Positions 1-9,805 of a stretch of DNA of 64,000 nt are shown piece by piece; positions within the stretch are counted from its first letter, which is position 1; each line of letters opens with the position of its first letter. The DNA lies in NCBI GenBank assembly GCA_039811685.1, contig JBDHZC010000001.1:909404-973403 (forward strand), written 5' to 3'. The DNA comes from Armatimonadota bacterium (GTDB lineage Bacteria; Armatimonadota; UBA5829; DSUL01). A program made the translations under genes and the position numbers. The notes below the pieces were generated by a model. That model had not been told where the DNA came from and made no database searches. It was given only the letters and a program-made list of their open reading frames with translations.

Positions 1-2586
1 GTCACAGGCACGAGTGTTGAAGCAGACGACGGCAGTATCTCTGACACACAAAGCGCTTACGGGAGTTTCAACTATGGCGCGGCTGGGTCATCCGCCCGCT
101 GTCTGGGGTCTGTCGCATCATCCACGATGGGGCACCGCGCCATGGAAGTTCGGCTTCAGAACAAAATGGGCGCGCCGATCACGTACTTTTCAATAACCTA
201 CGACGGGAAGCAGTGGCGAAAAGAAAACACAGGCGCTCAGGTGCTGGTTATGAAGTACAGCACGGATGGCGTGAACTTCGTGGATATGGGCCCGCTGTTC
301 ACCTTCACTTCGAGAGCGAATAACGAAGGCAGCGGAGCGATTGATGGCAACAGGTATGTGACGTTTGGCATTGGTGGAATCTACATCCCGGCCGCTCCCC
401 TGCCCGCGAACTACATCTTTCATCTGAGGTGGTTTGACCGCAACGACTCTGGCGCAGATCATGGACTGGCGATAGACAACGTCGTCGTCACCGGATACAC
501 CGGCCTGCCACCTGCACAGGTGACACGCGGCCCGTACCTGCAGATGGGGACACCGACAAGCGCCACAGTGCGCTGGCGAACCACCTATGCCACAGACAGC
601 CGTGTTCGCTACGGTCTGGACCCGAATCTTCTGAACCAGACCGCGGACAATCCCGCAAGTACGACGGAGCATGTTGTGCAGGTTACGGGTCTATCTCCTG
701 AGACACGCTACTACTACTCCGTTGGAAGTACGACAGAAACGATCGTTGGTGGAGATTCGACCTACTATTTTGAAACTTATCCGACTGAAGGGCAGGACAA
801 ACCGACGCGCGTCTGGATTGTGGGAGATTCGGGCACAGGAGACTCAAGTCAGAAGGCCGTGCGCGACGCCTACTACAACCTCACTGGAAACAGGCATACG
901 GACGTCTGGTTGATGCTGGGTGACAACGCCTACACAAGCGGGCTGGATATCGAATATCAGAAGGGCTTGTTCAACATCTACACAACGCTGCAGCGTACGA
1001 GCTTCCTGTGGCCCACCATTGGCAATCACGATACCAATGAGTCTATCAATCCCCCGCCGAGCCTGCCATATTTTCAGATATTCAGTGTGCCAACAAACGG
1101 GGAGGCAGGTGGAAATCCTTCCGGGACCGAGAAGTATTACAGTTTTGACTTTGGACAGGTCCACTTCATCTGTCTGGACTCGCAGTCTTCTGACAAATCC
1201 GCAAACGGCGCGATGGCTCAGTGGCTGGTTAACGATCTGAATATGCCATCCACCAAGTCAAAACGCTGGATCATTGCGTACTTCCACCACCCGCCCTATA
1301 CACACGGGTCTCACAATTCAGACACGTCTCAGACCTGCATTGATGTGCGCACTAATATCGCGCCCATACTCGAGAACGGAGGAGTAGATCTGGTATTGAG
1401 CGGCCACAGTCATTCGTATGAGCGCTCCGTTCTGCTGGACGGGCATTACGGGGTGTCTTCGACGCTCTCGGCGGCAATGAAACTGGATCCAGGGAGTGGA
1501 CGAATTGAAGAAAGTGGTCCTTATGTGAAACCGACGTACGGCATCGCGCCGCACGAGGGCACAGTCTATGTCGTAGCGGGAAGCTCAGGAAAAACCAGCG
1601 GCGGTCCGCTGGACCATCCGGCTATGTACACAGGAATGAACACACTGGGGTCAGTCGTTCTGGACGTAAGCGCAGGTCGCCTTGACTCCCGCTTTCTGGA
1701 CTCTACGGGCCTTGTGCGAGATCACTTCACTATTGTGAAGGGGCGTCCTTCCGTAAGCATCACGTCTCCCGCGCCAACGGCGGTGCTGGATGTCTCCGAA
1801 GAGCTCAGTATTACAGCCGCTGCATCAGCGCAGGCAGCCGAGATAACAAAGGTGGAGTTTCTGGACGGCGAAACGGTCTTTGCTGAGGACACTGACGCAT
1901 CGGACGGCTTCAGCGCCACCTTCAGCAGCCAGACTCCAGGCAAGCACGAGATCAGGGCCCGAGCGACAGACTCCAATACAGCCAGGGCTACATCGGCTCC
2001 GGTCTTTGTGTATGTTGTCGAGAACAAGGATTCGGCTGGCGCAGCAAGGCGTGCCAGCGACGGCACAGCAGTGTCAGTACACGGTCTTGTCGTGTCCCTC
2101 GCGGTTGAAGACGAAGGCTTTTTCTATGCCCAGCAGCCTGACGGATCCGCAGGGTTGAGAATTGACAGCGCATCTGTAGCGCCTGTGGGAGCAAAGATTG
2201 ACGTGCGCGGAATTGTTGCCACGCTTGCGAACGGTGAGCGCGCTCTGACGGATGCCCTCTGGTCTGCAACTGGCACAGGGCCATTGGTCGTGCGCGGAAC
2301 CAAGAATGCGAGCGTGGGAGGCAGCGGTTACATCGGTGATTCTGCAAACCTGACAAATCAGGGATTACTCGTGCGCGCCTGGGGCAGAGTAACTAAAGTG
2401 AGCACGGATTATTTCCTGATGGATGACGGCTCGGACGTACCTTCCGGTGACACCGAAGCGGGGATCAAGGTAATCGGCGCTCCGCTTCCGGCGGCCGGTG
2501 ACTATGTCACTGTAGTTGGCGTTGTCGCCTCGGAAGCGGCTGACGGTGGATATATCCGTCTGCTGCGGGCAGTCCCTGAGCCGTAG
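1..2586 (+). CDS. Secreted-type purple acid phosphatase/metallophosphoesterase with FN3-like and Ig-like domains and a C-terminal ~190-aa putative surface module; 5' end lies outside the window
   Basis: Frame is open from base 1 (VTGTSVEADDG...). Calcineurin-like motifs GDSG, GDNAY, GNHD, HHPPY and GHSHSYER are present; RGPYLQ...VRWRT...YYYSVG is a PAP N-terminal FN3; PSVSITSP...VEF begins an Ig-like domain. Confidence 0.85.
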   Translation, partial: VTGTSVEADDGSISDTQSAYGSFNYGAAGSSARCLGSVASSTMGHRAMEVRLQNKMGAPITYFSITYDGKQWRKENTGAQVLVMKYSTDGVNFVDMGPLFTFTSRANNEGSGAIDGNRYVTFGIGGIYIPAAPLPANYIFHLRWFDRNDSGADHGLAIDNVVVTGYTGLPPAQVTRGPYLQMGTPTSATVRWRTTYATDSRVRYGLDPNLLNQTADNPASTTEHVVQVTGLSPETRYYYSVGSTTETIVGGDSTYYFETYPTEGQDKPTRVWIVGDSGTGDSSQKAVRDAYYNLTGNRHTDVWLMLGDNAYTSGLDIEYQKGLFNIYTTLQRTSFLWPTIGNHDTNESINPPPSLPYFQIFSVPTNGEAGGNPSGTEKYYSFDFGQVHFICLDSQSSDKSANGAMAQWLVNDLNMPSTKSKRWIIAYFHHPPYTHGSHNSDTSQTCIDVRTNIAPILENGGVDLVLSGHSHSYERSVLLDGHYGVSSTLSAAMKLDPGSGRIEESGPYVKPTYGIAPHEGTVYVVAGSSGKTSGGPLDHPAMYTGMNTLGSVVLDVSAGRLDSRFLDSTGLVRDHFTIVKGRPSVSITSPAPTAVLDVSEELSITAAASAQAAEITKVEFLDGETVFAEDTDASDGFSATFSSQTPGKHEIRARATDSNTARATSAPVFVYVVENKDSAGAARRASDGTAVSVHGLVVSLAVEDEGFFYAQQPDGSAGLRIDSASVAPVGAKIDVRGIVATLANGERALTDALWSATGTGPLVVRGTKNASVGGSGYIGDSANLTNQGLLVRAWGRVTKVSTDYFLMDDGSDVPSGDTEAGIKVIGAPLPAAGDYVTVVGVVASEAADGGYIRLLRAVPEP

Positions 2587-2755
2587 CACATAGCTTCTCA
2601 TAGTCCACGGCGCCATTTCACTCACGGTGGAAACCCGTCGAGCGTCGTTCGTCTATCCGGGCAGGAAACAGGCCCTCATCCGCCAAAGATGTTGCCGGGC
2701 GTCTTCCACCGGCGCGGCGTCCCCCTTTTCAGATCTGGCGTCGGGGGCAGGACTG

Positions 2756-4972
2756 ATGACTTTGGCAACTCTCTCCACCATTCTGACGCTTGGCTGTCTT
2801 CTGGCAGTGACCGGAGCCGCCTCCGCGGCTTCACCGGCGCATTCCTGCCCGGCTAATGCTCACGAAGTGGACTTCTATGTGTCTCTGAATGGAAACGACG
2901 CGTGGTCCGGTGTCCTCCCAATTCCTAATAAGAAGGGGACAGATGGCCCGTTCAGGACAGTCCGGCGCGCTCAGGAGGCCGCGCGCAAAATGCAGCGCAC
3001 AGCAGGCAAACCCGTCCACGTCGCCATTCGTGGCGGCACGTACTTCCTGAGTGAGCCAATTGTCTTCACTCCTGCGGATAGCGGAAGCACAGAAGCGCCG
3101 GTCGTGTACGAGGCGTACGGGCGCGAAAAGCCGGTCTTCAGTGGCGGACAGAAGCTGACAGGCTTCAATGTCCGGAAAGACGGGACTTGGGAGCTTTTGC
3201 TCCCGGAAGTCAAAGATGGGAAATGGAGATTTTCGCAGCTCTTCGTCAACGGAACACGACGCTTCCGGCCCCGCCTGCCAAAACGCGGCTACTACTTTGC
3301 CGTTAACGAGGCTACGCCGTCAGAAAAGACTGAAGGGAAAGGCTTCGATCGCTTTGTGTTCAGATCAGGCGATATCAAGCCGGACTGGCACAATCTGAAA
3401 GATGTTGAGGTGCTGCCGTTCCACTCCTGGACGATGTCGCGCTTTCGAATCCAGGATATTGACACGAGCAAAGACATCGTAACATTCACCGGACAGACGG
3501 GGCATGCGACATGGTGGCAGGCGATGAAGCAGGGCACGCGTTTTCTGGCGGAAAACGTGAAAGAAGCGCTGGATTTACCTGGAGAGTTCTATCTGGATTC
3601 TGTGTCCGGTGTACTCACGTATCTGCCGAAGAAGGGCGAGAATCCGGCGACGGCACAGGTTATCGCTCCACGGCTTGAGAAGCTGGTGGAGTTTCGGGGC
3701 GATCCCGAGAACCGCAAATGGGTACAGGGGGTAATCCTGCGCGGGCTGAGCTTTGAGCATACCAACTGGACGTGTCCGCCTGAAGGCTACAGCGGGACGC
3801 AGGCTGAGGTAAGCCTGGAGTCTGCAATCTCGGGAACAGGCGCCCGAGACTGTGCGCTGATAGCCTGCAGAGTGCAGCATACGGGCGCTTGGGGCGTGGA
3901 ATGGGGCGCGGGCTGTAAGCGCAACAGGCTGGACGATTGTGAGCTGACAGATATTGGCGCGGGCGGTGTGAAAATCGGGCTGACGGGCGTCGTAGATGAT
4001 CAGGAAGTAATGGCCACCCACAACATCGTCCGCAACTGTCTGCTGGCGCATGGCGGGCGCATTCACAACGCGGGTGTGGGCGTGTGGATCGGGCACTCTC
4101 CCTACAACCTCATCTCACACAACGACATCTACGACTTCTACTACACGGGAATCTCGTGCGGATGGTCATGGGGTTACGGAAACAGCCAGGCCAATCACAA
4201 CGTGCTGGAGTACAACCACATTCACGACATCGGACAGTTTGTCCTCAGCGATATGGGTGGGATTTACACATTGGGCGTTGCGCCAGGCAGCATCGAGCGC
4301 GGGAATGTCATTCACGACGTAAACTCCTTCGCCTACGGTGGGTGGGGCATCTATTTTGACGAAGGCTCTACAGACTGGCTGGCGGAGAACAATCTCGTCT
4401 ATCGCTGCAAGACTGGCGCTTTTCACCAGCACTATGGGAAGGACAACCGCGTAATCAACAATATCCTGGCGCTTGCCCCTCAGGACGGGCAGCTTATACG
4501 CACCCGCGCAGAAGACCACATCTCCTTCATCATTGAGCGCAATATCATCTACTGGAAGGATGCGCCGCTGCTCGGGAGCAACTGGACGGAGAACAACAAC
4601 TACAAGCTGGACTACAACCTTTACTGGCGCACGGATGGCAAACCTGTTGAGTTTGCAGGGATGTCGATGGACGAGTGGCGCAAGCGCGGGCAGGATATCC
4701 ACAGCCTGGTTGCGGACCCGCTATTTGTGGCCCCGGAAAGGGGTGACTTCCATCTGAAAACCGGTTCGCCGGCGTCGCGAATCGGGTTCAAAATGTGGGA
4801 CTACACTCAGGCGGGGCGGCCTGGCAGCGACTGGAGCAAGCAGAAGATCGCACTCCCGCGCGCCTATCCCCTGCCCCAGCCCGAACCAGTGCCACCGACT
4901 TCTCTACAGACAGACAACTCCCCGTCTGACAGAAAGACTGCGCAGATCAAAGGGCGCCAGAAAGCAATATGA
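2756..4972 (+). CDS. Right-handed parallel beta-helix glycoside hydrolase (GH141-like), secreted
   Basis: Signal peptide from ATG 2756; FYVSLNGNDAWSG...DGPFRT, IRGGTYFL, DMGGIYTLG and GWGIYFDEGS motifs. Confidence 0.8.
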   Translation: MTLATLSTILTLGCLLAVTGAASAASPAHSCPANAHEVDFYVSLNGNDAWSGVLPIPNKKGTDGPFRTVRRAQEAARKMQRTAGKPVHVAIRGGTYFLSEPIVFTPADSGSTEAPVVYEAYGREKPVFSGGQKLTGFNVRKDGTWELLLPEVKDGKWRFSQLFVNGTRRFRPRLPKRGYYFAVNEATPSEKTEGKGFDRFVFRSGDIKPDWHNLKDVEVLPFHSWTMSRFRIQDIDTSKDIVTFTGQTGHATWWQAMKQGTRFLAENVKEALDLPGEFYLDSVSGVLTYLPKKGENPATAQVIAPRLEKLVEFRGDPENRKWVQGVILRGLSFEHTNWTCPPEGYSGTQAEVSLESAISGTGARDCALIACRVQHTGAWGVEWGAGCKRNRLDDCELTDIGAGGVKIGLTGVVDDQEVMATHNIVRNCLLAHGGRIHNAGVGVWIGHSPYNLISHNDIYDFYYTGISCGWSWGYGNSQANHNVLEYNHIHDIGQFVLSDMGGIYTLGVAPGSIERGNVIHDVNSFAYGGWGIYFDEGSTDWLAENNLVYRCKTGAFHQHYGKDNRVINNILALAPQDGQLIRTRAEDHISFIIERNIIYWKDAPLLGSNWTENNNYKLDYNLYWRTDGKPVEFAGMSMDEWRKRGQDIHSLVADPLFVAPERGDFHLKTGSPASRIGFKMWDYTQAGRPGSDWSKQKIALPRAYPLPQPEPVPPTSLQTDNSPSDRKTAQIKGRQKAI

Positions 4973-5006
4973 CCTCAACAGAAACGGGCGAGGCCGTGAA
5001 GGAGAA

Positions 5007-7181
5007 ATGTTCGTGAGACTACTTATATGTCCAGTTCTGACTGCGCTGACAATCGCCGGGTTGGCGCTCTCTTGCAGCGCACAAACACAAAATCCTATGC
5101 CAAGAGACTTTCCCACATTTCAAGTTCCTGGATTTGAGCAGGACATGCAGACGCTTCGCGACCTCTTCTGGCTGCACTATCCCGGCGCTGGACCCAAAGC
5201 GACAATATGGGATGAGTGGCTTCCCATGCCCAGCCTGTGGCCTGCCGTGGAGAGCGACGGCACAAAGGAACAGATGCGTCAACAGTGGCGCAGCACGCTT
5301 CTCGGACGAATCATCGACGCGGAAGGCTACGTCGCGACGCATCAGCATCAATCTATTGCTCATCAGCTTGGCTGGCCGTTCCCGTTCTGGAATAACGGAT
5401 CGCACACGATGGGATGGCACTTCTCGTTCAAGAATACCGTAGGCCCGCCCTGGCGTCAAGGAGAGTTGAATACGACCGACGGCTGGTCGTTGAAAGGAGC
5501 GACCGATGCAGGTATGACGGATGACGGGTGGGCATTGAAACTGACTGATGAGCGCGCGATTGTCACAACGCCAGAACACGACATCGACACTTTTCAGTCG
5601 CCATTCCTGCAGATTCGATGGAAGGCCGACGGGCTCGCAATGACACAGCCGTACGTGGAGTGGCGGGCTAAAGACGAGCCCTTCAGTCCTCAGCGCCGCG
5701 TCTACTTCGACCCCGCCGGTTCAGATATTGTGTACACGATGATTCCAATGGACAGGCATCCACTCTGGCGCGGTCACATTCAGCAGTTGCGCATCGGATT
5801 TGGAAACACAGCTCCAGCTTCCGCGACAATCCAGGCGTTCTTTACGCAGTTTGACAGCCGTCAGAACATTAACAATCAGGTGTTTGTAATGGGCAGCGCG
5901 GAGTATTTCCGCTGGACCGGCGACCTGTCTTTCCTGCGCGCGAACATCAACCGGATGCGCACCGCTATCCAGTATTTGATGACCGATCAGCACGGTCTTG
6001 AAAAGAGTGCCATCTACACGGACTGGCGCGGACACAACGGCGTCAGCGGAGCTGAGCGCAAGGCCGATGGCTCAAAGGTGATTCACGCGGGCGTCGGCAT
6101 CGGCAACAACTATTGGGACCTGATGCCCTTCGGTGCTCTGGACGCCTATGCCACCATCCGCTACTATGTCGCGCTCAAGGATCTGGCACAGCTTGAGAGA
6201 GCGATTGCCGCCAATCCAGCGTGGAACATCCCCCCGAGCCAGTATGGATATACCGCTGAGTTTCTGGAAAAGCACGCTGAAAAGGTAAAGGCCCACGGCA
6301 ACCGCGTGTTCTGGAACAGCGAGACCGGGCGCTTTGTGGCCTGCATTGACGAAGAAGGCAAAGCGCACGACTATGGCTTCACGTTCCTGAATCTCGAATC
6401 CATATACTACGGGTTCGCGACTCCTGCGCACGCAAAACAGATACTGGCGTGGGTGGAGGGGAAGCGAGTTGTCAAGGGAGACACATCAACTGGACCCGAC
6501 ATCTATCACTGGCGATTCGGCCCCCGATCTACAACAAAGCGCAACATTGACTGGTACTTCTGGGCATGGAGCGCACCGGAAACAATCCCGTTTGGAGGGC
6601 AGGTGCAGGACGGAGGCGCAGTGCTTGGATGGAGTTACTACGATTTGATGTCCCGCGCATTCATCAGTGGCCCAGACAACGCATGTGGACGCCTGCAGGA
6701 GATAGCAGCCTGGTTCCGAGAGGTGCAGGCGGCAGGCGGTTATCGGGCGTACTACAAAGACGGTAGAGACGGCGGAACTCTGCAGGGTAACAACACCGCC
6801 GGCGGTTTGGGAATGGACGCAGAGTTCTTTGAGAGTGTACTCGTTCCTCAGGTCCTCCTGCGAGGTTTTCTGGGCTTCAAGGCAGGGGTGGATGGATTTT
6901 CAGTAAATCCACTCTTGCCATCGAGCTGGCCAGAGCTGCGCGTTGACCGAATCGCCTTCCGCGACCTGGTACTGTGCGTCACTGCAAGACCGGATGAGAT
7001 CCAGATTGACAGGGAGTCTGGACTTATGGATGATCCCTGCACAATTTATCTCCCAAAGGGCAACTGGACGCCGGCGGTGAGCGGGCGCGCAGTGAGGCCA
7101 AAACAGCTGGGCGAGCAGGCATGGAGTGTCGACTGGCATGGACTGGACACCGTCACGTTTAGAAAAGGGAGTGCGAATTAA
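5007..7181 (+). CDS. Secreted putative (alpha/alpha)6-barrel glycoside hydrolase, family uncertain
   Basis: GGAGA SD, signal peptide, YFRWTGDLSFL, NNYWD and FWNSETGRF motifs, and a GH65-like C-terminal beta segment (FSVNPLLPSSWPEL). Confidence 0.6.
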   Translation: MFVRLLICPVLTALTIAGLALSCSAQTQNPMPRDFPTFQVPGFEQDMQTLRDLFWLHYPGAGPKATIWDEWLPMPSLWPAVESDGTKEQMRQQWRSTLLGRIIDAEGYVATHQHQSIAHQLGWPFPFWNNGSHTMGWHFSFKNTVGPPWRQGELNTTDGWSLKGATDAGMTDDGWALKLTDERAIVTTPEHDIDTFQSPFLQIRWKADGLAMTQPYVEWRAKDEPFSPQRRVYFDPAGSDIVYTMIPMDRHPLWRGHIQQLRIGFGNTAPASATIQAFFTQFDSRQNINNQVFVMGSAEYFRWTGDLSFLRANINRMRTAIQYLMTDQHGLEKSAIYTDWRGHNGVSGAERKADGSKVIHAGVGIGNNYWDLMPFGALDAYATIRYYVALKDLAQLERAIAANPAWNIPPSQYGYTAEFLEKHAEKVKAHGNRVFWNSETGRFVACIDEEGKAHDYGFTFLNLESIYYGFATPAHAKQILAWVEGKRVVKGDTSTGPDIYHWRFGPRSTTKRNIDWYFWAWSAPETIPFGGQVQDGGAVLGWSYYDLMSRAFISGPDNACGRLQEIAAWFREVQAAGGYRAYYKDGRDGGTLQGNNTAGGLGMDAEFFESVLVPQVLLRGFLGFKAGVDGFSVNPLLPSSWPELRVDRIAFRDLVLCVTARPDEIQIDRESGLMDDPCTIYLPKGNWTPAVSGRAVRPKQLGEQAWSVDWHGLDTVTFRKGSAN

Positions 7182-7504
7182 TGCAGCGCATTGGTCTGTT
7201 GCTGAAAATCAAACCAGACAAACTTCAGGACTATCTCGAAATTCACAAGAACGTGTGGCCAGAGCTGCTCACTGAGCTGAAGAAAGCCGGCATGCGCAAC
7301 TACAGCCTGTGGCTGGCGCCGGGCGGACTGGAGTTTGGTTACCTGGAGTGTGACGACTGGCAGAAGGTGTGTGAGTACCTGGCGGACTCAAAAGTGCACG
7401 ATAAGTGGCAGGAGTACATGCAGAACTACCTGGACAGCCCGACCGATGAAGGCCAGGGCGGCCAACCCGTGCAGCTTCTCGAAATGACATTCCTGATGGA
7501 GTAG
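7181..7504 (+). CDS. rhaM: L-rhamnose mutarotase
   Basis: 107 aa; Y...H..VWPEL...LK.AG..NYS and LFGY-like motifs, W...M; overlaps the upstream stop. Confidence 0.8.
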   Translation: MQRIGLLLKIKPDKLQDYLEIHKNVWPELLTELKKAGMRNYSLWLAPGGLEFGYLECDDWQKVCEYLADSKVHDKWQEYMQNYLDSPTDEGQGGQPVQLLEMTFLME

Positions 7505-7507
7505 CCT

Positions 7508-8197
7508 TTGAAACTCTGGGGACATTTTGAAAGACTGCGTCCTGCGCAGATTGACAGGATTAAGAATGCGGCTCCCATCGTTTATGTACCCTGGGGCGCG
7601 ATTGAGTGGCACTCCTACCACAATCCAGTCGGGCTGGATGGACTGAAGGCGCACGCGCTGTGTGAGCACCTGGCGCAGGCAACCGGAGGTCTGGTGCTGC
7701 CGGTTTTCTGGGTGGCTACAGACACAATCAAACCGTTCAAAGGATTTGGTCATACGCTGAACTTCAGCGAAGAGACTCTGGGTGCGGTAACCAAAGAGCT
7801 GCTGGAGCAGCTTGCAGATGAGGGCTTCCGGGTTATCGTACTGTTGACCGGACACTACGGAGCCGCCCATGGACAGGTCATATCGGAGGTCACGCAGAGC
7901 TTCGCCTCAGAACACCCGGAGTTGAGTGTTTGGGCGCTGGCAGACTATATGGCGCTGGAAGGGTGCTCCCCGCCCAACCACGCGGCGCGCGGTGAGACGT
8001 CGCTTATGATGCTTTTTGACCGAGAACTGGTAGACCTGGACGCAGTACCTGAGGGCGAGGCGCCTACGCTGGACGGCCATGGCGTGGCGGGCGAAGACCC
8101 GCGACTCTCTACTGTGGAGTATGGCGCAAGACAGCTCGACTGGCTCGTGCGGAAGTGCTCCGAGCAAATAACCAGAATGCTTGAGGACAAGGGCTGA
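7508..8197 (+). CDS. Creatininase / creatinine amidohydrolase family protein
   Basis: PWGAIEWHSYHNPVGLD, GHYG and HAARGETS motifs. Confidence 0.85.
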   Translation: MKLWGHFERLRPAQIDRIKNAAPIVYVPWGAIEWHSYHNPVGLDGLKAHALCEHLAQATGGLVLPVFWVATDTIKPFKGFGHTLNFSEETLGAVTKELLEQLADEGFRVIVLLTGHYGAAHGQVISEVTQSFASEHPELSVWALADYMALEGCSPPNHAARGETSLMMLFDRELVDLDAVPEGEAPTLDGHGVAGEDPRLSTVEYGARQLDWLVRKCSEQITRMLEDKG

Positions 8198-8200
8198 GCG

Positions 8201-9565
8201 ATGGCAGAGTTGGTAGTTCACAGTCCGCTTCCGGATCAGGTTATTCAGCGCACCGGCAACTCTGGCAATATTTGCGTGCGCGTTCAAAGTGAGTCAAGTG
8301 TCACAGCGAGGCTGCTCGACCGAAAGGGCCAGGAAGTCGCCGAAGCTCACAATCACTCTGGGACCTGTGAGTTTACAATAGAGGATGTCCCGGTTGGCGG
8401 TCCTTACACGCTCGATGTGTCATCGGCCAAGGCGCGCGTCAGAGTCCGCGGAATTCTGGTCGGTGACCTGTGGGCTTTGGCCGGGCAGTCGAACATGGAC
8501 GGGTGCGGCAAAATGCGCGAGCTGGAGCCACCTTGCGAACACGTTCATGCGCTCTTCTATAACGAGACGTGGGGAATAGCACGGGATCCGCTGTGTCATC
8601 TGCGTGAATCCATTCACCCTGTCCACTATCAGGAAGAAGACTCTGTGGAGCGCGAGCGTCTGGCTCGGGAGTTTCGCGAGTTCTTGCCATACGGGGCGGG
8701 GCTTGGCGTACGCTTTGGAAAGGATTTGTTCAAGGCAACAGGCGTACCCGTGGGACTGGTGGTTTGTTCGCACGGTGGAACATCAATGGCGCAGTGGGAC
8801 CCGAAACTCAAAAGCGAAGGGGGCAGATCGTTATACGGAGCGATGATGTTAAGGCTTCAGAGCGCGGGCGGGAAAATAGCCGGATGCCTGTGGTACCAGG
8901 GAGAATCCGACGCACTGGCTGGTGTCGAGATCGCTAACGGTTACAGGGAAAACTTCAAAGAACTGATCGTAACCCTGCGCAAAGACATGCATCAGCCGGA
9001 TCTGCCGTTCATCTACGCTCAGCTCGCGAATTTTTTCACGTTTGAAGAGCCTGCGACATTTGACGGATGGAACGCTGTGCGCAGGGCGCAACTTGAGATC
9101 GAAGGTGAGCTCCGGAATGTGGCAATGGTCGCGAATATTGACGCGACGCTCTCGGATGCGATCCACGCCGATGCCCTCTCCCAAAGGAGGCTTGGCGCAA
9201 GGATGGCGCTGGCAGCGCGCCGGCTGCTCCTTGGGGAAAACAACTTCACATTGGGTCCGAGACCTCTTGGTGCGCAGATCGTTGGACCCCGCAGTATTAG
9301 AGTGGACTTTGCGCAGGTTAACGGCAAACTTCATCCGGCGAAAGGGATGCAGGGCTTCATTATCCGTAACGAAGAGCGCCCGGTGGTTGTCACCTCCGCC
9401 TGCCGCCATCCGGACAAGCCATCCAGTGTTCTACTAACGACTGCAGAGGCTCCTGAGGCGGGATGGGTGCTTGGATACGGCCTCGGAACAAATCCCAACG
9501 TCAACGTAAGAGATTCCAGAGGATTCCCGGCTCCCATGTTCGGACTTATTGACGTCTCAACCTGA
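8201..9565 (+). CDS. Sialate O-acetylesterase (SASA/SGNH) family protein
   Basis: GDLWALAGQSNM, GGTS, LWYQGESD and DAIH motifs. Confidence 0.85.
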   Translation: MAELVVHSPLPDQVIQRTGNSGNICVRVQSESSVTARLLDRKGQEVAEAHNHSGTCEFTIEDVPVGGPYTLDVSSAKARVRVRGILVGDLWALAGQSNMDGCGKMRELEPPCEHVHALFYNETWGIARDPLCHLRESIHPVHYQEEDSVERERLAREFREFLPYGAGLGVRFGKDLFKATGVPVGLVVCSHGGTSMAQWDPKLKSEGGRSLYGAMMLRLQSAGGKIAGCLWYQGESDALAGVEIANGYRENFKELIVTLRKDMHQPDLPFIYAQLANFFTFEEPATFDGWNAVRRAQLEIEGELRNVAMVANIDATLSDAIHADALSQRRLGARMALAARRLLLGENNFTLGPRPLGAQIVGPRSIRVDFAQVNGKLHPAKGMQGFIIRNEERPVVVTSACRHPDKPSSVLLTTAEAPEAGWVLGYGLGTNPNVNVRDSRGFPAPMFGLIDVST

Positions 9566-9745
9566 ACAAAAGCGTGTGCAGCGCTTATCTGGTAGCCGTC
9601 GTATCTGCGGCGGCTCTTTGTTTTCCTGCTGCACCTGACACCGCAGATAACCCGGGAAGTTCTAGAGCTACGACCCGAAGTTTGCGACGAAGTCTCTTTG
9701 GCAAATCTCAACGATTCCGATCAGGCCAAAGGGGATCGTTCGGAG

Positions 9746-9751
9746 TATAAT
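9746..9751 (+). promoter_or_regulatory. Putative sigma70 -10 element for the cupin gene
   Basis: Perfect TATAAT about 55 bp upstream of ATG 9806, in an intergenic region. Confidence 0.45.
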
Positions 9752-9805
9752 GACCCACAAGCAAGGTAGAGAGAGGAGACTACCTGGCTGGAGAGGAGAC
9801 TAACC

